Part shown: one piece after another, positions 1 to 11,300 of the stretch
Position numbering within the stretch: the first letter of the stretch is position 1
Layout of the letters: the number at the start of each line of letters is the position of its first letter
Source of the DNA: Cyanophora paradoxa CCMP329
Taxonomy: Eukaryota; Plantae; Glaucophyta
Direction: 5' to 3'
Length of the DNA stretch: 64,000 bases
Assembly: GCA_004431415.1 (NCBI GenBank)
Contig: QPMI01000685.1
Location: 17,935 to 81,934 of the forward strand
Made by a program: the position numbers and the translations under genes
Notes under the pieces: generated by a model
Database searches by the model: none
What the model was told of the DNA's origin: nothing
What the model saw: only the letters and a program-made list of their open reading frames with translations

Positions 1-634
1 GCTCGAACTATCCGCCGGGCAATGCCAGGGCGGAGGAGTCCCTACAGCTGGCCCGCAACTGATCTCGCACTGCTGTGAGCTGCTGCGCAGGCGGCGCACT
101 GCTCAAGCCAGACCGCTTTGACGCGTTTGGAAGACCCGGAGGTCGCGGACGCGGCCGGTCGATCTAGATAGCCGAAAGATACGCGAGACACGCTTCGAGA
201 CCCTCGGCAGCAGGCTGGGTCTCGCGTTCTGCTTTTTCAAACGCGGGGGGTACGGTGCCTTAAAGGGGCGGGCGTACCCCCCTCTCAGTGCTCGGGGCCG
301 ATCACGACAAGGTGCGGCAACACCGCCGGGTAGCAGGAGAGCCGCAGCGCGCCGTATTGGCTTTGTAGACGCCTGAGGGACAGCTCTAGAGCCGCGGCTT
401 CCGCCTTCCGATCGCCGGATCGCTGTGGCACGCTTCGGCCGCCTGCGCTAGCTGGACTGTGTCCTGTCGGTCCCTTCGTTAGCGCGTCTCTAGCTGAGGC
501 TCTGCCGATTCGCACATCGCCCCCTGAGGCCGCCCGATCACCCGCTTCGCTCTAGGGCGCCCACAATCCAACAGCCAGTGCACTGTGACATCGTGCGAGG
601 GCTATTGCTCACACTCTCATCGGTCTGTACGCAG

Positions 635-1104
635 ATGCCGAAGGAGATCAAGGACATCAAGGTTCGCGCTTGCCGACGTGCTGCGCTCTCGCCAGCACGG
701 GCCGCGAAGCTTAGGAGCCGGACCCTAGACTGTTCTCTGGCGAGGATGTGTCCTGACTGTGATGCGCAGGACTTCCTCCTGACGGCGCGCCGCAAGGACG
801 CCAAGTGTACGCACATCGCTCGCGCCGGCCGCCTATGCAGCGCGCGGAGGCCATCGCTAACGCTGCGCAGCGGTCAAGATCAAGAAGACCAATGGCGTGA
901 CCAAGTTCAAGGTCCGCTGCAGCCGGTACCTCTACACCCTCCGCGTCACGGACTCCGAGAAGGCCGACAAGCTGAAGCAGTCCCTTCCCCCGGGTGCGCT
1001 CGATCCTGCCGGAACATGCACGTTTCTCGTCCTTCCTCCTAAACCTAGCTAACTCGTTTCCCACCCTTTTTCACCACACAGGTCTCGCGGTCAAGGACAT
1101 CTAA
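635..1104 (+). CDS. RPL38: 60S ribosomal protein L38 (eL38), 4 coding exons (635-661, 770-806, 871-993, 1082-1104)
   Basis: Spliced at GT-AG sites it reads MPKEIKDIK|[13 protein letters not shown]|[41 protein letters not shown]|LAVKDI*, the well-known eL38 sequence. Confidence 0.97.
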
Positions 1105-1819
1105 GCGCGCTGCTAGCCCCTCTCATGCATCGGCCCACGAGAGCCGGTCAAGATGCCTCAGCTCACAGATAGCGTGCCTCCCCGGCGCGGGCTGTGCCTG
1201 CTCTGAAGCATCGAAGCTGGTTTGCTCACATTCCTGCATCTGCCATATGGCCAGCGGCGTGGTAGACGGAAAGAAGCGAGCGCTAGCGGGATATCGATCT
1301 TGGTCGCTGGGCATGATCTTTAAGCTAACGAGCCCAGGCAGGCGTGAGCCTCCTCGCGGAACTAGAGCATTAACCCTGATTCTTCAACACTGCAATTGCC
1401 AGACGAAGCATGCAATTAAAACACGCACGCCTCCTTTTCCTTACTACATTATTCCTTCGAAATGCACGCAATGAAGGAAAGACGTCAACGACACCTTCCT
1501 CGGGTGCATGCGAGAAAGGAAAGGAAAGAACATGCTGCGGCGAATTCACTTCCTAAAGAGCACTACGTATAAGGGGCATATCTAAATCGCGCTACCAGTG
1601 AATGAAAGCCGGCGCTATGTTCCGTCGTCTGGGCGGAGGGAGTCAGGGCCAAAGCGCACAGAGTGGGTGGCGCGTCGCACCACGTACCATCCCCGTTGGG
1701 CAGAGCTGTTGCTAGAACGCTCGATGCCATCGAAACTATCGCGCGAACGATTGTCCTGCGGCGAGTCGGCGTGAGGGTTCCTTGCGCGGAGAACAGGGCG
1801 GAGGCTTGCGGCGCTAGCT

Positions 1820-4376
1820 ATGGACCTTGCGTTCGCGTTATCGCCTGTCTCTCCCCCACGAGAGCCGCCCCCGCTCCATGCGGACGCCGTTGCCATCAAC
1901 GGAGAGGCGCTGGCGGCCGGGACCAGGGCCGCTGTGGAGCGCTGGCGGACGGCGAGCGCCGACGGACCGGCACCGTGCCGTGCGGGAGATGCTACTGTTG
2001 CGACTGCGCGAGATCGTTCAGGCGGCTTCTTCGCAGCGCAACAGGCCGCGCGGACGGCACAGGTCATAGTCGAAGCTCACCCGCAACGGCGGAGCCTGTT
2101 GTTATCGATCTTGACGCTGTCCTGTGCGCGGAAGCATGCGCTGCGGCCCTCAGGCCTGCCCGCACGGCCGATCTCAACATCTTTGCTTTGGCCCTCTACC
2201 CCTAAACCAAGTTGCACTGTTGCAGTGTTGCACCAACTGGGCGCCGGGCGGGCGCCGCGGAGGATGGAGCTGCTCGGGGAGTCGAGCTGGCTCGCTGGGG
2301 AATCAGACGACCTCGGTCTCCTCGATTTTCAGCTCGCCGATGCCGCGTTCGACTCCCCGGCCGCGTCCGAAGAGGGCCACGAGCTCGCGTCGATCTCCAA
2401 CGAGGACGGAGCGACATGGCTCCTGACCATCAAGGAATCCAACGGCCCAAGCGCTCTCGATGATCCCGTCGCGGTCGTCGCAGACGACTCCTTCGTGCTG
2501 CAGCCCGGAGACGATGGGCCGCCAGCGCCGTCTCAAACCGGCTGGGGCCGTTTCACCGGCCCCGATCCTGGCGAGAGTGCGCCTCGCTTTTTCCCGGCGC
2601 ACTCGCTCGCGCACTTGTTTGAGCGCTGCGGCAGACGAGGACGACTACATCATGCGGGTCGCCCGCGAGCTGGCCCCCAAAGTCTACCTGCACAGCAGGG
2701 AGGCGAGCGAGCGCGGGCGCTCACCAACCGATCCCTCCCTTCTGACTTACCGGAGCGCAGGAGTTCTTCCCCTCTTCCGTGGAGCACTTCCTGAAGCACA
2801 CGTACTTGGACAAGGGCGACGGCCGCCGCGTCGTGCGCCCCCCTGCCCGTCCTCCCCTCTCCTTCTGATCGTGCCCCCGCAGGACGCCGAGCGCGCGCTG
2901 TTGAAGGAGGGCTACAGCGGCAAGGGCTCCCTCGTGACCCTGGAGGGCCTCGGCTGCCACAGCTGCTACAAGCCCCATTTCTTGAAGGGCCAGGTGAGCG
3001 CTAGCCCGGGGGTACATCGTGAGGTCAGCTAGCACGTCAGGGGTGCGCGCCGGTGAAGAGACAACTTTATTTTGCACGTCAGTCAGAGCGGCCCCTCGGG
3101 CCCCTGTTGACCACCTTCGTTCCAATGCTCGAGGCCGCGTCCGAGTGATTCTAGTTGTACTATGTGCGACGGCGTGATGAGATATCTTATTTGCACGTCA
3201 GTCTGCGCCCTTCGGGGCTCTGATGATCGAAAAGATACCGTTCCAATTGCTGATCCCGTCGCTCTCCCGCCCCTCCCCCTTTCGGGCGCCGCATCCCCGC
3301 CCCGCCCCTCACCGCCCCCGCGCAGAGCCTGGAGGAGGCGCCGGCGTACGCGATCATAACGAAGAAGGGCGATGTCACGGGTGCGCCAGCAGCCGCCCCA
3401 CCCCGCCCCCCGCCCCTCTGAGCGCCTCCGATTCTCTCCTACGGCAGACATTTCCTACCAGTTCTTCTACCCCTTCAACTACGGCAAGAACTTCTGCATC
3501 GGCGCCAAGCTCTGGGGCCGCTGTATAGGCGGCAAGCAGGTCGGCACCGGCGCGCGCCCCGCGCATCGAGTCCCGGGCCGAATCTTTCGCCGCAGCTCTT
3601 CGGCAACCACGTGGGCGATTGGGAGCACGTGGTGCGCCCCCCCCCCCCCCCCCCCCCCCCATCCCGCCCGGCGTCGGCCCTCGTTTTTGACGCCTCGGGC
3701 CGGCCCCGCGCAGACTCTGCGGCTGGTGCGGGGGGTGCCGGACTCGATGTACGTGGGGGCGCACAACTTCGGCGGGGTCGTCCACGAGCCCCAGGTTCGG
3801 ACCCCGCTGGGCCCCGTTCTCCTCCCCGCCTCGTGCCGAGCGGGCGCGCAGCTGCGGTTCGAGGAGGGCCACCCCGTCGTGTACAGCGCCCGCGGGAGCC
3901 ACGGCTCCTGGGCCACCCCGGGGTGCCCCGCCCCCCGCCCCCCGCCCCGCCCGGCGCGCCTCACCTTGGGGGCGTGCAGGGAGCACGTGTACAAGAAGAT
4001 TTTCAACGGGGAGCGCCTGGTGGACGAGGCGGACGCGGGGAAGGCCTGGCGGACCTGGGAGAACCTCCAGGCCCGCCCCGCGCGCCCCGCCGCCCCGGCA
4101 CCCGCTCCCGCCGAGCCGGGCGGGTGCGCAGATCATCAAGAACGGGGGCGCGCAGCGCGAGCACCCGTGGCTCCATTTCAAGGGCGAGTGGGGCAACCCG
4201 GCGAGCGGCTGCCTGCCCTTCTCCCAGAAGGCGCGCCGGCCCCGGCCCCGGGCCCCCGCCCGCCCCGAGCCCTCGCCCCTGACGCCTGCCTCGCGCAGCT
4301 GGGGATCCCGTGCGTGAACACGGGCGGGCCGGCGGGGCCCCTGCGCGACGACCTCCTCCTCCCCGAGCTCAGGTAG
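1820..4376 (+). CDS. Vps62-like (DUF946-type) protein, multi-exon; start uncertain (1820, 2264 or further upstream)
   Basis: Exons give ELAPKVYLHSRE..FFPSSVEHFL, DISYQFFYPFNYG, FGNHVGDWEHV, HPVVYSARGSHG and WLHFKGEWG, which are typical Vps62-family motifs. Stop at 4374-4376. Confidence 0.8.
3045..3139 (+). ncRNA. Intronic box C/D snoRNA paralog (copy 1, degenerate boxes)
   Basis: GTGAAGA (C-like), the same guide TTTGCACGTCAGT followed by CAGA (D'-like), TGTTGA (C'-like), the shared second element CGTTCCAAT, then a degenerate D box. Confidence 0.55.
3168..3260 (+). ncRNA. Intronic box C/D snoRNA (copy 2)
   Basis: Terminal stem GACGG...CCGTC, box C GTGATGA (3174-3180), C' TGATGA (3221-3226) and box D CTGA (3250-3253). 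The guide ATTTGCACGTCAG is complementary to the conserved LSU rRNA segment CUGACGUGCAAAU. Confidence 0.8.
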
Positions 4377-4822
4377 CCGGGGGCCGCCCCGGCCCCCGCC
4401 CCGCCCCCGCCCCGCGTCCCCGGCCGCGGCCCTTTCTTCCACTCCTCTGTGCAATTATGTTGTACTCATGGAGCTATTGTCTTATTATTCTAGTTAGGCT
4501 GCATTGCCTTATTATTCTAGTTAGGCTGCCGCAGCGGCGCGTGTACGTAGTACTCGAGGATTTCATGTACAGTGCTATGTTGAGATTAAGATGCAGGATT
4601 TCCGATGATCCCGGGGCCCGCATGCTCGAGCTCGCGTGCGGGGCTCGAGAGAAACGCTTCGAAAAATTCAAATTTACGTAGTGCTTTACAAGGTGTACAG
4701 AACTACGTATACACAAGGCGCAGATCGATGCCGGACGGCCGGGCGCCGGGCACGGACTGGCACGCGCGCAGGCATGGCACATGTACAGGCGGGCGGGACC
4801 GGAGGCCGCGCGGGCGTCAGAT

Positions 4823-5560
4823 CTAGAGAGTCTCGATCTCGTCGAAGGACTGCTCGGCGGAGACCTGCTCGCGGTGGGCCGTGGGGCGCGCGGGGTGAGC
4901 GCTCAAGATCAGGCGGGGGCGGAGGGGGCGGCGCACCTCGAAGACCTCCTGGTCGTCGGCCTCGGCGCGCCCGCAGCCGCAGAACGAGAGCTCCTCCTGC
5001 GCGCCCCGCCGGCCGCCGCTCAGATTGGGCGGGGCCTGCCGGGCAGGATCGATATCGAAGTATCGTCGGACCTGGTTGGACTCGGAGAAGGTGACGCGGC
5101 CGGTGATCTCAACCGCCTCCTCATCCTCCTCCTCCTCCGGGCTCTGATCCTCCTCCTCCTCCTCTCCCTCGTCCGCGACGGTCTCGTCCTCCTCCTCCTC
5201 CTCGTCGGACTTCAGCTTATCCAGAGCCGCCTGCGCCTTCTGCGCTCGCCCAAGGACACGGGTAAGATGTCTTTCTGCGTTCCGTGTGCAGAGGAGCCGA
5301 CGGAGATCGAAATCCGCGGCCGAATAATCGCAGGATACTATGGAAAGTGCCAGTGCTTTTTCGGGCCGGGTCGCGGGCGGGCGACCCCGGCCCCCCGGAA
5401 CAGAGCGCAGCGCGTAGTCACCGTTGCGAGATTGTCGAGAGACTGGGCCGCGGCAGAAACTTGATCGAGGAACTGCGCGGGCGGCGGTTGGCCTCCGAAG
5501 ATCATCGGATAAGACTCGGAGGTACGGTTGCACAAAGCTGCCCGGCGTGGGCAGCCTCAA
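4823..5560 (-). CDS. Hypothetical acidic protein with RVxF motif; start codon not resolved
   Basis: Long open frame with a Glu/Asp-rich tract (DEEEEEDETVADEGEEEEED) followed by RVTFS; coding-like GC3 bias. Confidence 0.5.
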   Translation of the reverse strand: MRLPTPGSFVQPYLRVLSDDLRRPTAARAVPRSSFCRGPVSRQSRNGDYALRSVPGGRGRPPATRPEKALALSIVSCDYSAADFDLRRLLCTRNAERHLTRVLGRAQKAQAALDKLKSDEEEEEDETVADEGEEEEEDQSPEEEEDEEAVEITGRVTFSESNQVRRYFDIDPARQAPPNLSGGRRGAQEELSFCGCGRAEADDQEVFEVRRPLRPRLILSAHPARPTAHREQVSAEQSFDEIETL

Positions 5561-5713
5561 GCTAGTCGGGACTCGGGAAAGGAACGCACGCCCATGTTTG
5601 AACGGTAAAAGTTGCGGGAGGTGAAGATAGAAACAACGGACTAACGGTTGCTCGATGCTTTTTGCCCAGCGCTCGGGGTACAGCCTTCTATACCTGAGCG
5701 CTGCTTCCGGCCC

Positions 5714-7625
5714 ATGGCGGAGGGCCCCGAGGGCGACGGCGAGGTACCGCAGGCGGCACAGTGCATCTCGATCCGGCTAGTGGGCACGGAGCGCGATCTG
5801 GACGTCAACACGGCAGGAAAGCGTGCGACGACCTGGACACCGAAGTGCGTCCGTGCACGCGAGCGGATCCGCAACTGCAATGCGGCGCACGCTCAGGCGT
5901 GCTGCGGCCGGGCGGCGTGCCGCCGGGCTGGCCGCATCGAATTCGAATTCCGGCGCAGGTTCGTGCACCAGCTTGTGGGCGAGGGCGAGCGGTTCGAAGG
6001 CTACGAGGGCCTGCGCGTGGAACTCCTCTTCGACGCGAACGCGCGTCTGTACCTCTCCGCGCGCTACGAGTCGCGGGCGGCGGGGGCGCGGCCGGCCGAC
6101 GTCGCGGCGGCCTTCGCGGAGCACCTCCCGCTCGGCTTCGAGCGCTCGCGCGACGAGTTCTCCAGGGCGCGTCCTCTCCCGCCCCGCCCTTCGCCCCGCG
6201 CGGCCGACGGGACGGGCCCGGGGCGCGCAGCGGGCGGCGGAGCCGTGGGCGCCGGTGGGCGCCAAGCAGCACGAGTACGAGCTGCCGGGCGGGGAGCGCT
6301 TCGAGGTGTGGAAGGCGGAGACGCTGCTGGCGGGGCCGGGCCGCGCCCTCGCGCAGCGGCTCCAGCTGCTCGGCCTCCTTCTCATCGAGAGCTGGTCCCA
6401 CCTCGAGCTCGACGACGACCGCTGGAGCCTCTTCCTCCTGTGCCCGCCTTCACCCGCCCGCCCCGAGCTCTGCGAGCTGAGCCGGCGTCCGCAGAGTCAA
6501 CCGCGGCGGGCGGAGCAGCGGCGGGGGGGTAGCCCCGGGGCCCGGACCCGACTACATCGCAGGCGAGCGTACCCCCCTTCGATTCCTCGCGTACCCCCCT
6601 CCGAGCCTCCATCACCCGCAGGCTTTGCGACGGCGTACAAGTTCTTCGCGTACCCCGACAGCTGGAAGCTTCGCGTGAGGTCTGCCGTACCCCCGTCCCT
6701 CCGGATGTACCCGGCCCGCCGAATTCCATCGCCGCAGCCAAGTCGTGGTCCTCCCGCCTTTCCAGAGGGAAGGGCACGGCGGTGCGCGGGTGGTGGCCAT
6801 CCGACCGCGTACCCCCCATCCGCACCGACGTACCACCCTCCCCCGCAGGCCGGCTCCTGCAGTGCATGTACGACGACGCGAGGGCCCTCCAGGTGCCCCC
6901 CTTTTCCTTCGATCGCGTACCCCGCCGACCGGGGTACAGCACTCGGAGGTGGTGGTGGAGGACCCTTGCCCCGAGTTCCAGCGGGTGCGCGACCGCGTCG
7001 ACCTCCGCAACGTCCTCGGGGACGACGACGGGGTACGCCGCGCTCTCCCGGCGGGCCCGTCCTCGGAGCCTTACGAGCGGGGGGCGGCCAGCGCGCGTTC
7101 TTCCCCGAGGAGGGGCCCGAGCGGCTGGAGGAGGGGGCGGCCGCCCGCCTGCGCGAGGAGCTCCTCCTCACGCGGGTGCGGCCCAGGCCACCCCCCCCCC
7201 CCCTCCTTCGCTCCCTTCCGAGCCCCCCGACGCTGCCCCCCCCGGCGGTCGCGCAGAAGCAGGCGGTGCGGGTGTTCGAGATGGTGCGGCTGCGGCGGAC
7301 CAACCTCGCCGACCCCGACGCCTACAAGAGGCCCCGCCCCGCCCCGCCCCCTCCTCCCTCGCCGGCTCGCCCTGCTGAGGCGCGCCGCAGGTACAGGCTG
7401 CTGGTGAAGCGGCGGCTCGACGCGGAGACGCGCGCCACCGTCGCCGGCGGGCCCGCCATGGGGTGCACCCTCCCCCGCCTCCTCTCACACCCCGCCTCCC
7501 TCCGACGCGCCGCCGGGGCCCGGGGCAGGGGGGAGGAGCGGAAGGCGCTGCTGGAGGGGCTGTACCGGGAGCTGGAGGGGGAGTACAGGGCCGTGCTCGC
7601 CTCCCTGGACAAGGCGCGCAGGTAG
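5714..7625 (+). CDS. HAT1: Histone acetyltransferase type B catalytic subunit (HAT1-like, GNAT), multi-exon
   Basis: Exons give FVHQLVGEGERFEGYEGL, LLLIESWSHLELDDDRW, GFATAYKFFAYPDSWKLRVSQVVVLPPFQREGHG and VEDPCPEFQRVRD, matching HAT1 motifs. Confidence 0.9.
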
Positions 7626-8354
7626 CGCGGGGCCCGTGTGTCGAAGTGTAGCCAGGATGTGCACGGGTCGGGCGGGGCCTCGCCACGGCCCACGATGCCA
7701 CAAGGCCATGAGTGCAGTGGGGCCGTACATCAAGTTCCTGCCTCAGTGCTCGAGCTCATCGTGGCATATCATGCACCATTACTCTACTTTCTAATTCGGT
7801 CATAGGCATGTTCGGTTTCGAACCCGTGCATGGCTTGTTTGGAACCTCGAGGCGAGTTTCGAGTTTCCAAGTTCAAACTCAGATCTAGAGGATCCCCGCT
7901 GGCCGCGACCGGGCCATCACGAAATCGTGAATTATCAGGGGCTGAATAATCATGATCTTGGCTGGTTGGAGCCTCGATCGGAGCTCGAGCGAGTTTCGAG
8001 TTTCGAATTCCAAGTCCAAACTCAGTAGTTGGGTTCCAATTCCCCGCGACGGCGACTGAGGATCCGGATGTCGATGCATATGCACATGCATATGCCATGA
8101 TGATGCAGTGCACGTGACCGTCGACGTCGTATCCGTCGACATGAACATACAATTTACCGAAGCCTTCATGAACCGATCAGCACTTGTTGATCATGATATC
8201 TCTCTGGGCCCCGGCCGGAGTTCCGAAGTTCTTGAGGCCCGGAGTTTAATTTCTCATAGCTATAGACTCTGAGAGACTGTGGGACATACAAGGGCAGCCT
8301 ACACCGGTACAGACGCGAAAAGAAACAGATCTAGAGGCTCTCGGAGCGGGGACC

Positions 8355-11300
8355 TCAGCGGGGCCGGAAGAGCCAGAGGAGGAGGAGGAGGACGGGGGCC
8401 GCCACGGGCGCCGCCCGCACCGCCGCCGACGCCACCGCGCTCTGCTCGCCCCGAGCCGCGTGAGTAGAGAGCAGAGAGCGGAGAAGAGGGAGGGGATGGG
8501 AGGTTCTGGAAGGCAAGGGGCGGGGGGGCGGACATGGAAGACGGCCCAGGCGACGCGGTCCTTGAGCGCCGCGTCCAGCTCCGTCGACCTGCGCCCCGGC
8601 CCCGGCCCCCTCGCCTCGGCGCGGGGCGGGCGGGGGCAGGGGGGCTCCAGCGGCTCGGAGGGGGCGGACCAGGCGGCGGCGACTCCGGAGGAGAAGGCGC
8701 GGGTGCCGTCCCGCGAGAGCGCCCGCCCGATCGCCTCCACCACGGGGCCCACCTGCGCCCCCGCGCCGGTTGAGACCGGTCAAAGAAGGCTGCGGCAGCG
8801 CCTGGGGCCTAGCGCCTCGAAGCTTTCGAGAGCCGACTCGAGCGCCTCGCCCCCCGCGCCTGGCCTCCCTGGCGGCGGGGCGCACGTCGGCGGGGCGGCC
8901 GTTGATCTCCTCCGAGTTGACGCGGACCCACTCGTCGGGGCGCACCTGCCGCCCCCGCGTGAGGGCCCCGCAGGGCGCAGGGCAGCGAGCGAGCGGGGGA
9001 GGGCACCCCGAGGTGGCGCTCGAGGGCGTGCAGCTTCACGGGGAGGCCCGCCCTGCGCCCCGCCCCCGCCCCTCAGAATTGTCTCGTTTTGGCCCCCGCC
9101 GCTCGGCCGGAGAGCTTGGGAAGGCGCGCCTCTGGTCGACGGAGAAGACGTTGGTGAGGACGGGGAGGACGGGGACTCCGGCCGCCCGCAGCTCCGCCAG
9201 CAGGCCCCGCACCTGCCGCCCCGCGTTGGACGGGGCGGGGCCGGCGGCGGGGGCCCGGGCGGGGCGGGGCGGACGGCGGGGGCCTGTCGGGCCCGTCTCC
9301 GGCGGGGAGGAGGGAGGAGAGGGGCGAGACGCAGAAGAGCGCGAGATCCGGCCTGCCCCCGCCCCCGCCGCGGTCAGAGAGGGGGAGAACAAGGGCGGGG
9401 CGGGGCGGGGCGGGGCGGGCCGGCGGTAGCCCGGGGCGGCGGCGTCGTCGGGCCCGGCGAGGAAGTCGCGCCGGAAGGCCGCCACCTCCTCCGCAGTGTA
9501 CCGCTCCTGCCCCGCACCGCCAGGCCCGGCCCGGCGTTGGGAGGGGCGGGGCACCCGGGGCGGGGCGGGGCGGGGCGGGGCGGGCGGACGAGGCCGTTGC
9601 GGTCGAGGAGCTCGAGGAAGCCGAAGCGCACGACGCCCTCCCCGCTCCTGCCCGGAGGAGAAGTTAGAGGGGGGAGGCGGGCCAGGCGGGGAGGGGGCGG
9701 GGGGGGGGGGGGGGGGGGGGGGCGGGGGCGGGCGCCTGCGGTTGGGCACGAGGTGCGTCTGCTCGGGGAGCGCCGCCGCCGCCGCCGCCGCCAAGGAGCC
9801 GGGCGGCGACCCCGCCTTCCCCTGCTGCAGCACCCGCTGCCCGAGGGCGTCAGGCCCGTCCCGGGCGAGGGAGGGGGAGGGGCCGGGGCGCGCCTGGGCG
9901 ACGGCGCGGACGAGGGTGGTCTTGCCGCTGCCCGTCGGCCCGAGGAGGAGCACGCGCGCGAAGAGCACCACCGCGGGGGCCTGCGCCGGCGAGGCTGAGG
10001 CTGAGGGGCGGGGGAGGGAGGGAGGGAGCGGGGCGGGCCTCGACGCAGTAGAAGTCGGAGAAGAGGCGGAGCTCGGCGTGCGTCTCCCCGCACCGCGTCC
10101 CCGGCCGCTCGAACGCAGCCGCCAGCGTCCCCTGCCCGCGCCTCAGCGCCAGGCGGCGGGGAGGGTGGGGAAGCGCCGCACCGGGGCCTGATCGGGGGGC
10201 GCCGGCCTCCCCTTCGGCTTGGCCGCGGGGGGATCCTTCGGCAAAGGGGCGCGCAGCGGCGCCCACGAGAGCTCCTTCGCCGTGTACGTCACCTGCTCGT
10301 ACCTGTACCCCCCGTCGGATGGCGGCCGAGAAGAAGCGCAACGCGGGGGGTACCGGAGCTCGGCGGCGGTGACGGTGTAGAGATTCGGGCCGCTGGCCTT
10401 GAAGACGAGCTGGGGTACAACGATTCGGGGGGGGAAGAGGGGAGGGGTACGGGGGGCCTGCGGGGGGCGGACCTGGCCGGTGAGGCCCTCGACGGCGCCG
10501 AAGCAGCCGGGGGGCGAGTCGGAGGGGGGGGAGAAGCCGTGGGGCGAGGCGTCGCGGTCGGCGAGGGCGGGCCGCGGGGCGTGGGGCGAGGCGGGGGAGA
10601 CGGCGGGCCGCGGGGCGATGTCCGAGGGCGCGTTGAACGTCGAGTAGGGCGGGGCCGGCCACGCGTACGAGTACCCCGCCGTGAGACTGCCCGCCCCGTC
10701 GGCCCCGAGCCGCTTTTCTTCGAATTGGGCAGGGGGGTACGGCGGCACCGGTGGAGGAGGAGCACGTAGTTGTCGACGGAGTGGCGGGCGTACAGCTCCC
10801 CAAAGGGCGCGAGCTGCGGAAAGGCTGATGGGGGGGGGAAGGGGAGGACGGGGGTACGCCGCCGCGCACGTGGTGCCCGCGGATTTTAGAGTCGAAGTGC
10901 GCCGCGTCGACGACACGCAGCTCGACGGGTACGTTCGCCCGCGCCTGCGGCGGCGGAAAAAATGAGCGGGGTATCAGTTGGCGGGGGTCGGGGTAAGCGT
11001 CTACCGCGTTGGCCGCGGCGCTTGCGGCGGCGGGCCTGCGCGAGGCCGGTCAGACAGGGGGGTGCCGGCTGCCTCGGGTGGGGGCGGGGGTACGGTTTCT
11101 CTGGCGTAGGGCTGGCGCTCTTGCTGTCCTCAATGACCTGCAGGGGGAAGCCCTGAGATCTCCTGGCCCTTGGGCGGGCGAGCGCGCCGGGGGCTACGTG
11201 CGCGCCCACATGCGGGAGAGGGGCCGGTAGGAGAGGTCGTCGGGGCGGAGGAAGCCGAGCAGCAGCTTGTCCGCCGGCCGGGGCGCCCACCCCGCGACGC

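Noticed and set aside
1-570. Gene upstream of RPL38
   Set aside because: No recognisable protein motif or reliable exon chain within the window.
3636-3660. Poly-C/poly-G runs (also ~9698, 39192, 42525, 60969)
   Set aside because: Intronic or UTR homopolymers whose lengths may be sequencing artefacts; no specific function supportable.
4475-4530. Short tandem duplication (ATT..CTTATTATTCTAGTTAGGCTGC x2); similar ones at 27897-27980 and 56656-56690
   Set aside because: Only two copies each, in UTR or intron sequence; consistent with ordinary slippage.
7839-8039. Possible MITE (TTGGAACC..GGTTCCAA with internal GAGTTTCGAGTTTC repeats)
   Set aside because: The inverted repeat is only 8 bp and no TSD was found.
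8460-9998. Long plus-strand ORF (512 aa) and similar Arg/Gly/Pro-rich ORFs (15965-17575, 59774-61123, 61508-63247)
   Set aside because: These are shadow ORFs from extreme GC content, antisense to spliced genes with recognisable motifs.
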